Shown here in pieces: positions 11,408 through 24,309 of a DNA stretch of 64,000 bases. Positions within the stretch are counted from its first letter, which is position 1. Every line of letters starts with the position of its first letter. Under the pieces are notes generated by a model. It saw only the letters and a program-made list of their open reading frames with translations, did no database searches and was not told the origin of the DNA. A program made the translations under genes and the position numbers. The stretch comes from Octopus sinensis (taxonomy: Eukaryota), in assembly GCF_006345805.1 (NCBI RefSeq), contig NC_043003.1:18786001-18850000 (forward strand). The letters run 5' to 3'.

Positions 11408-11580
11408 ATAAAAATATCCAGGACAACAAATTGTATGCTTTGTGACCTAAGTTAATACACTGTACACCAAACAAATAATCGTTGCATAACTAAGTAAGTC
11501 TTATATCATTGCTATGCTTCAGTTGACCGAGTGTCACACACCAGAGTTGAATGAACAAGTAGACATTACACATTCTTTCC

Positions 11581-12058
11581 AGGCACAGCTGTGTGCTAAG
11601 AAGTTTACTTCCTAATCACACGGTTCTCTGTTCAGTCCTACTGCATGGCACCTTAGGCAAGTAGCTAACCCTCATTTGTCTTCTCGACATTAGGAGCTGT
11701 CATGCACAGATTGAACCAACCTTCACTGAAAACACCGACCTTGTGAGTGGACTTGGTAGACGGAAACTGGAAGAAGCCTATCACGTGTGTATGTGTGTGT
11801 ATAAATACATGTGTGTGTGCACACGTGCGTATACATATCTTTGTGTCTTTATGTCTGTGTTAGCCCCCCCCCGCCCACCACCTGACAACTGGTGTTGGTG
11901 TGTTTATGTCCCCATAGCTTAGTGGTTCAGCAAAAGAAAAAGTAACAGGTTTAAAAAAAAAAAAACGAATAAGTACAAGGGGTGATTCATTTGACTTCAA
12001 ATTCTTTAAGACACCTCAGCATAGCTGCAGTCAAAAGACTGAAACAAGTACAAATAAA
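11581..12058 (+). mobile_element. SINE family A with foreign filler at about 11668-11740
   Basis: Head and tail match the family; the actatagcctcgggccgacc segment is replaced by unrelated sequence. Confidence 0.85.
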
Positions 12059-12478
12059 TATATATATATATATATAAAAGATTGGTATGCTATTTGAACA
12101 AATGGCGGAAATTAGAAAGCATTTCATATTTTGAATTTCAATTTGAATGAAATAAAAACACAGGATGTGTTGGGGGTGGGTGCTCTTCCCAACCCCTACT
12201 CATCACCTTCACTCGCCTACCTTCCATCTGACTCATAGTTTATCATGGACATACCCCTCCACCACCTAGACCCATGTTCATCATTCAACATATACACACA
12301 CTCCAACCCCATTTTTCCCTATCCTTCACTCTCTCTTATTATACTCTTGCTGTCTCTTTCCAGCCTTCATTCCTGTTCTTCCACTCTTGTATACAGTGTG
12401 AGCAACCATGTATCTCTTCTACAGCAAGAAACCTGTTCTGGGCCCTTCTATCATATACTAACCTTTCATCACCTCGCA

Positions 12479-12800
12479 CAGTGGTTCTCAACCATTCTTT
12501 TCCTATGGACCCCTTTGGTTCCCATCTTCTGAGCCACCATAGCCATTCGTTGTATATAGAAAAAAATAAGATATATTTTATATTATATTTTATATTTTAT
12601 CTAGTTTCAGCTCACGAGCTGTGGCCATGCTGGGGCACCACCATTCTGTATTTTCATAATTAAGTATTAAGAATTATTGAAAAAAACTTAGAATATTTGG
12701 TGTATTGTAGAAGTATAACCAATTTATTGCACATAAATTTTAGCAGTAAAATCTTATACAGACCCTCAAGAGATATGTGGACCCTGGTTGAGAATCACTG
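12479..12800. mobile_element. hAT (Charlie-type) MITE with nested SINE tail
   Basis: TIRs cagtggttctcaacc (12479-12493) and ggttgagaatcactg (12786-12800), 14/15 match; degenerate 8-bp TSD acctcgca/atctagta; SINE 3' fragment about 12580-12640. Confidence 0.8.
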
Positions 12801-12854
12801 ATCTAGTATAAAACTTCCTTGTTCTCCCCTGTGGTCCCACTCAGTTGAGGAGAT

Positions 12855-13072
12855 TTTGCTTTTGAGAGCTACATGGTGACCTCACCAGTGCTGGTGCCAT
12901 GGGAAAAAAAGCTCGCAGTAAGCTATATTAAGTGGTTAGCATTAGAAATGGCATCTAGCTGTAGAAATCATGCTAAAGCTGGAATTGGAGCATAATGCAA
13001 TTCTCTGAGCCCTTGGATCCTGTCAAACCATTCAACCCAGGCAAGCATGGAACATGGCTGATGATACACATA
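12855..13072 (+). mobile_element. SINE family D 3' part
   Basis: ggtgacctcaccagtgctgg...tgtcaaaccattcaacccaggcaagcatgg. Confidence 0.7.
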
Positions 13073-13259
13073 CACATGTATAAACACATACACACACGTA
13101 TGTATATGTACATACTCACACACATAAAGATGCATTTACACACACACGCATACAAACAGATAATTTTATCATAATCATTGTTACTTTTCTTTTTATTCAA
13201 TATTTAAAAACTAGTTTTATAGAAACTTCTTTCAAATACATTTTCAGGCATTAACCTGT

Positions 13260-13462
13260 GTAGGTTGAACTATGTAAAATGTCAGAGTAAGAAACCGAAC
13301 TATTTCTTGCAATGCACACCAATACACACATCTAAAGCAAAATTTTTTGAAGAACAGTTAAAATACTATTGTGGATCCCAAATTTATCATTTTGTCGTGT
13401 GGACCCCACAAAATCTTATATAGACCTTCAGGGCCCATATGGACCCCAGTTGAAAACCACTG
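13260..13462. mobile_element. Right-end fragment of the same hAT MITE family
   Basis: gtggaccccacaaaatcttatatagacc...cagttgaaaaccactg matches 12740-12800; left TIR not found. Confidence 0.65.
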
Positions 13463-13468
13463 ATTAAA

Positions 13469-13806
13469 CCCTTTTACTGCAGAAATCAGTTTTATATAAC
13501 AATCTATCTTTTACTGAGGAATGTCATGTTTGAAACTATTTTTTGTTGAGATGTGTCAAGTTTATTGAGCCAATAACATGAAGAAAATACCAATTCTATT
13601 TTTTTGGTGGATACTTAATATCATTACTGGAATCATCATCATCATCGTTTAACGTCTGCTTTCCATGCTAGCATGGGTTGGACGATTGGACTGAGGTCTG
13701 GCAAACCATATGGCTGCACCAGACTCCAATCAGATCTGGCAGAGTTTCTACAGTTGGATGCCCTTCCTAACGAATGACTATGAATTTTAATTCTGCACTT
13801 AAAGGG
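13469..13806. mobile_element. TTAA-type (piggyBac-like) MITE with nested retroelement
   Basis: TIRs cccttttactgcagaa / ttctgcacttaaaggg (14/16); flanks ttaaa and ttaa. Confidence 0.65.
13634..13771 (-). mobile_element. Headless ~138-nt retroelement with RTE-type tail, TSD gaat
   Basis: gaat at 13630-13633 and 13772-13775; same 5' boundary as 2147-2283. Confidence 0.9.
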
Positions 13807-14589
13807 TTAAAAAGAATTTCAACATTACACTACATCTGATTACTACATTTATTTCGAAAGACCTCTCAAGTAGGTATCTCACCTAAAAATACCAATGGTG
13901 TTAAAACTAGAAATTAATCCAAGAACAAAACCAGTAGAAAAACAATGCTGTACTGTAGACCCCCTTCCTTCTACAATCATTTAGAAAGAAAGACAACAAA
14001 ATGTTGATAGTGACTGCAGAACACTTAATTGCTGTAATAAAGAATTCACTCAAAGATGGTGTATGTTACAATATGGCACCTTCCAAAAAAAGATCAGCTG
14101 ATCAAAATAAAGGTTAATGGTTTGATCAATCTTTTTGTACTACACTGTAGGTGGTATATTGCCTGTCTGACAGGTCATAAGATAAAACAGCATCTACACT
14201 CAAGTGGTGGTGGCGATGGTGGCAGCAATGGGGAAGCTGGTAGGGGGATGCTGCTTAGATTTTGCAGGAGATTTAAGCCATATCAAATAAAATAATGCAA
14301 AAAATGTATCAAGATAGTGTAACCTAAATCAGAATCTATCTCAGAAGATAAAATGAAGATATTCAGATTTAAGTCTAGATGATGATGATGGTGGTGGTGG
14401 TGGTGAGGCTATCAGAGCTAGAAGACATGCTAAAAACTAGAGACTTGTTCAATAGCAATAAACTAAATGGTGAAGGAACAAGTATCAGTTTGTTGATCTG
14501 AACAGAAATAATCTCTAAACTATTACCTTTCTGTGTTACAGGCATATTATATGACAGACAGCAACCCATGCAAGCATATAGAAAGTGAA

Positions 14590-14806
14590 TATTGGTAACA
14601 AATTTTGGCACAAGGCCAGCAATTTCAGAGGGGGGAGCTAAGTTGATCACATCAACACAAGAGCTCAACTGGTCCTTATTTCATTGACCCTGAAGGGATG
14701 AAAGACAAAGTAGACCTCAGTGGAATTTGAACTCAGAATGTAAAGAGTGACGAAACGCTGCTGAGCATTTTGCCTGGCATGCTAACGATTCTGCCAACTT
14801 GCCACC
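14590..14806 (-). mobile_element. SINE family B
   Basis: ggcacaaggccagcaatttc...ggaatttgaactcagaatg...ctgccaacttgcc. Confidence 0.85.
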
Positions 14807-14924
14807 ACAGGAAAAAAATTAATATGAAAATGTTGACGGTGGTAGTGTTGATGGTGTAGGGGCACACGTGTGCACACACATCTGTATTAGTTTACATTTG
14901 CACTTTTCTGAATATTTGTAAGGT

Positions 14925-15085
14925 TCAAGCAGTGACAATAACATTTCGTTCATCAACAATCATTTTGAAGAAATACCCTTACTTGAAATACAGGTAAGGG
15001 TTAGCAACAGGAAATGACATCCAGCTGTAAAGCAAGCCCTCAATAATACACTTGTCTGACTTATGCTAGCAGGAGAAAACAAGTG
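14925..15085 (+). mobile_element. SINE family C 3' part, degenerate
   Basis: ccttacttgaaatacaggtaagggttagcaacaggaaatgacatccagc. Confidence 0.55.
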
Positions 15086-15214
15086 TAAGCAAAAAGGGAA
15101 AAAAACAATATTCCCTCCACCTACAGAGTGGGACTTTTGGGGCTCAATGATAGTGTGCAGCATTCAAACTTTCATGTAGTTTAAGAAGCATTCAATTGTA
15201 AACTAGAACAAGCA

Positions 15215-15575
15215 ACAATATTGTGACGTGTGTGGCACCAATACAGCATTGGGTGGTCATACACCCATACAACCGTCATCAACCAGGAGAATTCATCTAT
15301 GAAGCAATTGCCCCAGCTCTCCTTCAGGCGAAAACGATGTGGTGGACAACAAAAAACCTGGCTGACGACAGTCAAGGCTGATCTGGAACCCAACCTAAGC
15401 CCCCATATCTACGGCATTCACCACTGGAATAAGGAGTGGTTGGAGATCACGCATTCATTAGCCTCAAATCGCCAGGTCTGGTTGGCGTTTGTGAGAGATG
15501 CAGCATTGAGGATGAATGAAGTCAGCTCAACCCACCCCGGGTGGATGCTGTCTCAAGACAAGAAGAAGACATACA
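15215..15575 (+). mobile_element. RTE-clade LINE 3' end with (AAG)n tail
   Basis: Translates RRKRCGGQQKTWLTTVKADLEP...LASNRQVWLAFVRDA (GGQxKTW and A.DR..W motifs); frameshifted upstream. Confidence 0.8.
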
Positions 15576-15650
15576 ACTTAGAAGGGACATGTGTGTGCAC
15601 ATGTATGTGTGCGTACATATATGTGTGTATGTGTCTGAGTGCATGTTGCC

Positions 15651-15965
15651 TTGTGTTTCAGTCACCTGACTGCAGCCATGCTGGGGCACAAGCTTGAAGG
15701 GTTTAGTCAAACAAATCAATCCCAGAACTTATTTTTGAGTTTGGTATTTATTCTACCAGCTTCTATAAGTTAATAAACCAACACCGGTCAAGAGGTGGTG
15801 GGGAACACACACACACACACACAACAAGCTTTAATTAGTTTCTTTTGACCAAATCCACTCACAAGGCTATAGTAGACGACACTCGCCGAAGGTGCCACAC
15901 AGTGGGACTGAATATAAGCCAACATGGTTGGAAAACATGCTTCTTAACCACACAGCCACATGAGC
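15651..15965 (-). mobile_element. SINE family A
   Basis: tttcagtcacctgactgcagccatgctgggg...gtgggactgaa...accacacagcc. Confidence 0.85.
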
Positions 15966-16671
15966 ACCTATATTGGAAAATTATGAGAAAATGTAGAGAA
16001 TAATGCTCACAACAGTACATAGCAAACCCATAATTCTTGAGAGAGAGAGAGAGAGAGTGTGTGTGCAACTTCCCTGATAATCTCCAAAGGAATGGGGAAA
16101 GTACACAGCTGTCACCTCAATGCAACTAATGAAACACAAAGTTAAATTAAATACGAGAGTCCTTAACTGTGTACAATAAATGTTAACATGGCATTTGCAT
16201 ATGGACGTTTTGGTTCCAAAAATTAACTGTTTTGAGTCATAACCAAATTGTGTCTAACTACAATGAACATCTTACAACCAACCTTAAGTGAAAACTGAAA
16301 GTTTTGAAGTATATTCCAACAATCATAAGTGAAAGAAAGCTACAAGAAAAAAAACATTTTAAGATGACTTTTGGTAAATACCACTGTAAAGAGTAAAAGA
16401 TCAGAATATCTTATGTCAGAAACACTCACTGAATTCCCATTGCCATTTAAAACATTTTTCTTTCTCTTCAGCCGATAGTTAATATGTCAAAAGTCCTATC
16501 AAATTAAATTAGTATACCAACTTATTAATTGAAATATCTCACCGATTTAATTATGGTGTGTAATTATTTAATAATTTACAAATAAAATTTCAATGAATGA
16601 ATGTCTTTTTTTCCCCCACCCCTTCCATCCAAGTAAAACAAGCAAATATCTAAGACCAAAAATAAAAACCT

Positions 16672-17070
16672 GGACATGACTGTGTGGTTTCGGGTTCAGT
16701 CCCACTGTACAGCACTTTGGGCAAGTATTTTCTACTATAATCCCAGGCCAATCAATGCCTTGTGAGTGGGTTTGGTAGATAGAAAGAGTTTGGAAGCTCA
16801 TCATGTGTGTGTGTATGAGAGGGGGAGGAACAGAGGGAGAATGCGTGTGCATTTGAGGGTGAAGGAAGGGAGGGAGAATGTGTGCGTGTTTGTTCCCCAT
16901 CAACACTTGGCAGCTGGTATTGGTTTGTTTATGTTCATATAACTCATCAGTTGAGCTAATAAGGCTGATAGAATAAATACCAGACTTAAAATAATGATGT
17001 CAATCAATTCAACTAAAACCCCTTCAAGACAGGGCTCCAGCATGGCTGAAACAAGTAAAAAATAAAAGAT
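16672..17070 (+). mobile_element. SINE family A
   Basis: gggttcagtcccactg head to gaaacaagtaaaaaataaaagat tail. Confidence 0.85.
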
Positions 17071-18599
17071 ACTGAACATCAGTTACACCAGTAATTTTTC
17101 AAATGAGATAATAAACGCCCTTTGGAAGCCTTTTAGAAAATTAGGGAGGAAGAGGAAGAGAGTAGGCATGGTAAAGTGTTGTGAGGTGTGGTTCAGAAGT
17201 CTTGTCAAGAAATAATGAGACAGTACTTGGAAGTCCAAGTTCATGGATTTTATAAGTACACACTATTTCATTAAGAATAAAGGACAAACTACTTAATTTA
17301 AACCAGATTTGAATCTTCATTTCTAAGCTTTACATTGAAGATAAAAGATGTTGGGTAGCACCAAAAAAAAAAAAGGAAAGAAAGAAGAGAGGAAGAAGAA
17401 AAAAAACAAACCTTCTTGTAAATACAATACAGAATGCTGAACTTTAACTAGATTTGATCTTTCATGCTATGCTTTAATTAAATAGATAATATTTACATTA
17501 AACAAATAAATACCTTTCCCAAAAAGAAAAAATAACTGTTTTTATTATTCTACTTAAGAGTAAGAAAAGAATGATGATAAGCAAGAGATAAAAAATACTA
17601 TATATATATTAAAAATCTTAATTTAGAAGAGTTATTTCATAAAAAAAAAAAGTTTTATACATTAAGATCCACATTTGGGAGATTTGATGATTTAAGATTT
17701 TATATGTTCCAAAAGGGACAAAAACAGTTGAGGGATACCAATTTAAGCAATTCCATATATCTACATCTAATCAATCCTGGATTATTTTTTTTCATAAGAA
17801 TTAATATTCTCCTCTGATCTAAGCAATTCATGCTGTCTTCTAAGTGTCAAGTAAACATATTAAACAAACTTTTTAAATCATTATAGATTCTCTACTTAAA
17901 GTGAGTAGGTTTTACTATCACATAAGAGTATAACACCATGCTTCTTAGTCCACAAATAGTGCTTGCCTTTTGTGGTAGGGGGGGACCATTACAGATTATT
18001 CAAAATAAGTACACACAAATTATGATGATGATGATGATGAACTAATTGGACTTACTTAAGAAGTACTCACTTAGGGAAGAGAATTAAAACATCTAGATAT
18101 ACAAAATGAAGTATCTAATAAAACAAAAATGTAACAATAAGCCACTTAAATGAGGCTTGTTGAGAAACCTTTTCAGACAGACAGCCACTTCAGAAAAGGG
18201 AATTTAATCATATGTCAATAGTGTAAACTGTAACCAAAAGGTTAGACCTATGTAATTCAAGGTCAGCCCAACCATTCAGTCATATGGGTCAAATACTACA
18301 AATCCTTAACTCTCTAGAAACTCTCAAATTCAGAAGTGAATTTCAGAGAATTTGAGATGGATAGCTCAGTCAGTATTATCTGAGAGTCTAACACTAGGTT
18401 ACTACCTATCTTAACAATTTCCAGCATCTTCACAATGACCAGCTACAATAATACAGAGACGTTTCTCAAAGAAACAAAAACTTATCAGCCATCTGTTTTC
18501 AATGCTAAAATTTCAAGAGAGAAACAATCATGGCACACATCTTACAAAACCCAAGCCTCACCCTGAACAATGTTCTCCTAGATCATCAAAGCACAACTT

Positions 18600-18860
18600 T
18601 TTTTTTTAGGTCAAGTCCTCTCCTTATAAATTTCTCCAAAACTAATTATCTGGATTTGGAGATTCTTCACTGACCAAACTATTTCAGTTAATATTGTCAG
18701 TATTTTCTCTCAAAGTTAATCCCATAAATGTTGGTGCCCTTCCAAATAATTAATTTTCTCTGATTAGCCTTCTCTTTATCAATACTTACATTTCAATCAC
18801 TAGTCACATTATCCATTTTTCTCCCAATAATGCCTCATTAGCCTTTCAACTTCATGCTCT
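18600..18860 (+). mobile_element. Highly degenerate CR1/L2-group LINE RT fossil
   Basis: With frameshifts: WIWRFFTDQTISV...PINVGA...LLFINTY, resembling W..FL..R.I.V...PINAGVPQGS..LFINDL. Confidence 0.45.
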
Positions 18861-18961
18861 GCCTATTGCTAACATCAAAAGCTCCTGCTGGTGTTTGACC
18901 ATAAAAACCAGAACCCTTAATCTTCAGTCTAGTAACACTTAAGTAACATCTAGTAATAGTG

Positions 18962-19158
18962 TTATAATCCTTTCTACTTTAGGCAAAAGGTCTGAAATTT
19001 TGGGGGTGGAGGCTAGTCAATTGCATTTAGCCCAGGGCTCAACTGGTTACTCATTTCATCAACCCCAAAAGTGGCATTCAAACTCAGAACATGAAGACAG
19101 ACAAAGTTCCATGAAGCATTTTGTCCAGCACAGTAACAACTCTGCCAGCTAACCATCT
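18962..19158 (-). mobile_element. SINE family B, internally deleted
   Basis: aatcctttctactttaggcaaaaggtctgaaatttt...tctgccagctaacc. Confidence 0.8.
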
Positions 19159-19222
19159 TCTAGCAACAGTACAAAGGCTATTTATTTCAATAAAGAGCTA
19201 CACCAAACATCATATTCCTTAA

Positions 19223-19422
19223 CCTTTTTAATACCAATCTGTGTGAGACTGCATTTCGTTCTATGAAAGTAACCTACATTAAAACTCTCCAGCAAAATTT
19301 CATGCTAATTTGTTTCAAAAATCAGTTTAACAATGACAAAATTATTTTACCACATCCCTCGTTATTTTCAAAATTAACTGAAATAAAAGCAGTCTTTCAG
19401 CAAAAGTATGAAAACAAGAGAG
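19223..19422. mobile_element. ~200-bp TTAA MITE (piggyBac-like)
   Basis: TTAA at 19219-19222 and 19423-19426; body homologous to 25830-26030, 26959-27156 and 35363-35558. Confidence 0.7.
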
Positions 19423-19804
19423 TTAAAATACCTTCTCATTTGAAGAAAATTCAAGTGTAGCCAACATATATTATGAATCTTCATTGGCTTATTGTGAAAG
19501 TGTTCATAACTTAACCAAAAAAAATTATATTCTCATGAAGTATTCTAATATTCTTATGAAATATTCTAAGTGGTTATCAGCTCTGCAGAATGAAATTCTG
19601 ATTCTTAAGCAAAATTTGAACACCACCTTGAAACATTTTGAACCCCACAAGCCCTTTACCTAATCAAGAAATCCTTTAATACTGACAAATTTACACTTTA
19701 TTCAGTTATCCACACATAACATAACTAATATCACTGCTTCTTGTTATTAGCATTCTCATGCTTGAAGTTACTGAATATACATACATATCATTTCGCTACT
19801 CTAC

Positions 19805-20187
19805 ATTTATCTTTTATTTTTTTACTTGTTTCAGCCACTGGACTGTGGCCATGCCGGGGCACTGCCTTGAAGGGTTTTTGTCAAACAAATCAACCCAAGT
19901 ACTTATTTTTTTTAAAGCCTGATACTTATTCTTTTGCTCTCTTTGGCCAAAAAACTAAGTTACAAGGACATAAACAAACCAACACTGGCTGTCAAGCAGT
20001 GAGTGAGGGTAACATAGACACACACACACACAATGGGCTTCTACACAACTTCCATCAACCAAATTCATTCACAAGGCATTGGTCAGTCCGAGGTATAGCA
20101 GAAGACACTTGCTTAAAGTGCCATGAAGTGGGACTGAACCCAAAACCATGTGGCTGCAAAATAAGTTTCTTAACAACATAGCAATGC
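19805..20187 (-). mobile_element. SINE family A
   Basis: tttacttgtttcagccactggactgtggccatgc...gtgggactgaaccc. Confidence 0.88.
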
Positions 20188-20737
20188 CAGTGCATATGCA
20201 TCCAACCTCCATCACCACCACTTTTTTAGCTAGATCCTTCACCAAATATCATTTATAATCTATATTTCAAACAACCACCTTTCTATGGAACTAACATCAA
20301 TACTGTTTCCACCAAATACTAAATTACAAATATCACCTAACACTGCTACTCTTTTACATTTTCCTATCAAAGAGCAATCAGTCACACAAGCCATGAGTCT
20401 TTCTCAGCTTAAATGAACATTATTAGTATATCTCTAGCTCTCAACAGGAACCACTAATAATACAGGATGCAATATTCTCCTACACATACACATGACCTTT
20501 AGTAATAACAACCAGGCTAAGAAAACCTGCAGCTGGCACTCCGGTTCCTACTGCACTCATTCACACAGACATTTACTTGGAATAAATACCTGATTACAAA
20601 ATACTCCTAAACACCCTTTCATAGGGCTTAATTCTATGAAAATACGGAACATTATCCATTTTCTAAGAAACAATATTGCCACTTGTGAACACTAACATCG
20701 TTGTTGGTTATACGTTTTTATTGGGCGAGCTTTATAT

Positions 20738-20929
20738 AAGGCGGCGAGCTGGCAGAAATGTTAGTGCGCCGGGCGAAATGCTTAGCGGAATTCCATCTGC
20801 CGTTACATTCTGAGTTCAAATTCCACCGAGGTCAACTTTGCCTTTCATCCTTTCGGAATCGATTTAATCCCTTTGTCTGTCCTTGTTTGTGCCCTCTGTG
20901 TTTAGCCCCTTGTGGGCAATAAAGAAATA
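20738..20929 (+). mobile_element. SINE family B, tail variant (gccccttgtgggcaataaagaaata), internal deletion
   Basis: aggcggcgagctggcagaaatgttagtgcgccgggcgaaatgc head with CpGs retained; same variant at 54432-54673. Confidence 0.9.
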
Positions 20930-21047
20930 TATGTTTTTATTGGGCTAATCCCCAAAGTTTTACTGCCCTTCTGATGCCAAGAGTGACACGGGACTGTTGC
21001 TGGGGGGGGGGAGTTCCGGTGGGGGTGTCTCAATGACTTTATTCTCC

Positions 21048-21238
21048 TTTGCTGATACACAGCAGTAACACACACACACACAATCAGCTTCCACACAGTT
21101 TCTACCTACTAAATTTTACTCATAAGCTATTGGTCAACCTGAGGTGTAGTAGAAGGCATTGCCCAGGTGCAGCACAGTGGAGTCAAACACAGAATCATGT
21201 GGTCACAAATAGAATCTCTTAATCACGTAGGTATGCCT
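21048..21238 (-). mobile_element. SINE family A 5' half, degenerate
   Basis: gcccaggtgcagcacagtggagtcaaacacagaatcatgtgg. Confidence 0.65.
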
Positions 21239-21479
21239 TGAGAAAGAACAATATGTTAACACACTATACAGCAACAAAGATTGAGTCACATTATATGAAA
21301 ATTTAAAAAATCACTCTGAAAAGCTACCCAGGAAATATAGAGTATCAACTAAAAGGGGATCCTATAAATAGGTCAAGAGCAAACTGTGACTCACAGGACT
21401 TCATGAATGGTATGCCTAATGAAAAATTACCTTGAATTTCTTGTAATAGTGCAGCCCCCCTGATGATGCACCATGTCTG

Positions 21480-21700
21480 ACGCAGCCCACTTCTCAAAAA
21501 AGGTCACTTGTACCTGTTCTATATGGTTGCACAACCTGCTAGAAATATCAACTAAATTCCTTAAATCACATCTTCCAATCTTACAAAAAATAAAGGAAAA
21601 TACATTGATATATGAGAAATGAGAATGTTACAACTATAACACTTTTGATCATAGGCCTGGTTGGGCAGAGTTGACTTGAGGTTAAATAACAATAAATTTT
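21480..21700 (+). repeat. Unclassified repeat family
   Basis: caacctgctagaaatatcaactaaattcc homologous to about 37485-37570 and about 27210-27370. Confidence 0.5.
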
Positions 21701-23278
21701 AAAGCAAGACTACAAATACCTTCTACAGACTCAACTAATTCACATGCACTATAGCAGTGATTTTTTCTCAACCTTTTTAATACCTGGACCAGATCCAAAA
21801 CTTGGCTTTTTATTAGGGGGATAGCCCCACCACCATCACTACTACCAAAAAGTGAAAAGCAACTCAAAGAAAAATTAATTATATTTAAAGAGAGAAGACT
21901 GCCAGAAGGATGCTTGAGGGTTGCATTCTGCCCTGGATGCAACAATTGAGAACTGCCACTCTATAACATGTTACGTAATTTTCCTCAAACTATCAAAACC
22001 CTTACCTCAGCACATGTAACATTAGAATGAACATTATGCTAAATTTGAAGAAGCACTAAGGCACAGTATTAACTCACTTTTTATTCATATTGTTCTTGAA
22101 TTTAGAACTAAAGAACCACAGAATCAACAAAAGAGCAGAGGAACTGCAGTGATCATAGACAACTGAGCTAAGATCAACAGATTTCAAAACAACATTTTGG
22201 TTTCTAGCTCAGAAAGAATTAGCTCAGAACATTTACAATATAAGGCAGTGCGGCTTAAAGAAACACACAAACAGTTCAAATAAATTAACAGTAGAGCCAA
22301 TACTTTTGATGTACTTTGTTCAATGGTGCATCTAGCAGTATATACAACATATAACCAAATATTCATACTTTTATGATAGTGTTTATCAAAAGCTTTTATC
22401 TGTGTAATTTAATCAGTAGTCATTGAGTGGTTATAATTTTGTTCCACCCATGTATAATCAACTAGTGATTTCATTGCTATGATAACACTATCAGAAGAAT
22501 AAAGATTAGAGACGAAGAAAGGGTCAAAAGGGTAAGAGAAAATCACAGAACAGCATTTAAAGAAAATTGAATGCAGTAATGTCATTAGCAAATGAGACTG
22601 GATGTGATGTTGATCAGGCAGGTTCAAGCTAAAGCATGTGATCCAGTTAGTCCACTGCAATCAGCCACTCAACTGATCTCTTCCTGAAGATCAACCAGTG
22701 CAACTCTTATTGACTTGGTGCATACAACATATACAAACAATGCTTCAAAAGAACAGTAATGGTTGAACATGTAGCTTTTTTTATATCCTGAACACACATT
22801 TAGTCTTGATACAATTCTCTCAACTAGACCATTAAAAAGATTATGAACAGTTTACTCAAACAGATTAAGAGCATGTTCAGTTCTTACCAAGCTGCTCTTA
22901 TTTTGTCTCACTCTTTTATGGTTAACTGGGAATATCCGATCTTGAATTCAAAAAGAAAAAGAACATCTAGTTAGAGAACCCTTGTTCTAATCAAATATGC
23001 TCTGAATCCTAAGCTATACGAGCAGAACAAACCAGCAAGCAGTTTAAAGTATAACTAGTGATGAAGTTTTGACACAGTATGCTTAATTCCCAAATGCAAC
23101 AATCTGATAAGTTCTTACTGGCTTAAAAGTTGGAATTTGTTCCTAATCCAAATCCAACAAACAGGTTCAACACAGAATATTCAAATCTAAAACTTAGCAA
23201 AATAATCTTTAATCAGATGCAAATCACTGGATTTGCAAAGTAATGCATATAAATACATAATTTTAAAAAAATAATAAG

Positions 23279-23650
23279 AGGCATGGCTGTGTGTGGTAAG
23301 AAGCTTGCTTCCCAACCACATGGTTCCGGGTTCAATCCCACTACATGGCACCTTGGGAAAGTGATTCTACTACAGCCACAGGCCGACCAAAACCATGTGA
23401 GTGGATTTGGTAGACAAACTGAAAGAAGCCCATTGGATGGATGGATATGTATGTATGTATATGTTTGTATGTCTGTATTTGTCCCCCTACCATCACTTGA
23501 CAACCGACGTTGGTGTGTTTACATCCCTGTAACTTAGTGGTTCAGCAAAAGATACTGATAGAATAAGTCCAGAGGCCAATTAGTTCAACTAAAGGTGGTG
23601 CTCCAGCATGGCCATATTCAAATGACTGAAACAAGTAAAAAAAATAAAGA
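23279..23650 (+). mobile_element. SINE family A, full length
   Basis: ggcatggctgtgtgtggtaagaagc...gggttcaatccc...gactgaaacaagtaaaa. Confidence 0.9.
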
Positions 23651-24309
23651 GATTTAAATGAAGAGTCTCTTTATGAAGGATAATTGTAAGTTCATTTTGT
23701 AGGTTAGTAGTTTAGTTCAAATTCAGTTCTGACCCTCTCTCCAAATTGATCAAAAACAAATTTGTGATAACAGTGGGACATAGAGGACAAAAATAGACAA
23801 TATTGAGCATACTGAATTTCTGAGTCACTGATTAACATTGAAACATTCCTCCCACAGACTAAGCGTTCTCACAGCATAGATGAAGAACATCCAACAACAA
23901 CAATCATTTTTTAAAGCTAAAAAATATATGAAGAAAATAGAAATTCTATAAGGAAACCAATGTGAATATATCTAATGTCGGATGAAGAACATCAGCAAAT
24001 CTTTGATGACAACTACCATCTTAACTGAACTTAACTTTGGATACTAGAATAAGTTTATTTCACTTCATGCTGTGAACAATATATTGAGTTTAACATTTAA
24101 CTGTTTCAATACCCATTGGAGATCACCTCTAGTTCCAGAAAAACAAAACCTAGCATTTTTAAAGTATCCATATGTAAATTAAAACCATCCATCATAATTT
24201 AATGCAAGAATTTTTTATGATAAAAACATTTTCCTTATTATGAAAAGGTAATTTAACTAAGCATCTCTAAGTTCTTGAGTATTTTCAAAATTAATTAAAA
24301 CAGATATAG

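Noticed and set aside
13876-13900. Recursive-splice-like tttttag|gtgaga (also ttttag|gtaaat at 56991-57010)
   Set aside because: Rough expectation is near one such motif by chance; needs saw-tooth nascent RNA evidence.
14863-14874. gcacacgtgtgc palindrome and similar CA/TG junctions
   Set aside because: By-product of adjacent (CA)n and (TG)n microsatellites.
16276-16383. 108-nt minus segment with good acceptor and gtaaga donor, open in frame 0
   Set aside because: T-rich low-information peptide with no homology; expected by chance in 64 kb.
18322-18357. 10-bp inverted repeat tctcaaattc/gaatttgaga
   Set aside because: Within chance for AT-rich DNA and beside a LINE fossil.
22409-22740. Possible L1/Tx1 endonuclease fossil (YAPS) on the minus strand
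   Set aside because: Only one short motif; no further alignment I can support.
23879-23993. 13-nt direct repeat gatgaagaacatc 102 bp apart
   Set aside because: Flanks do not align; too short to interpret.
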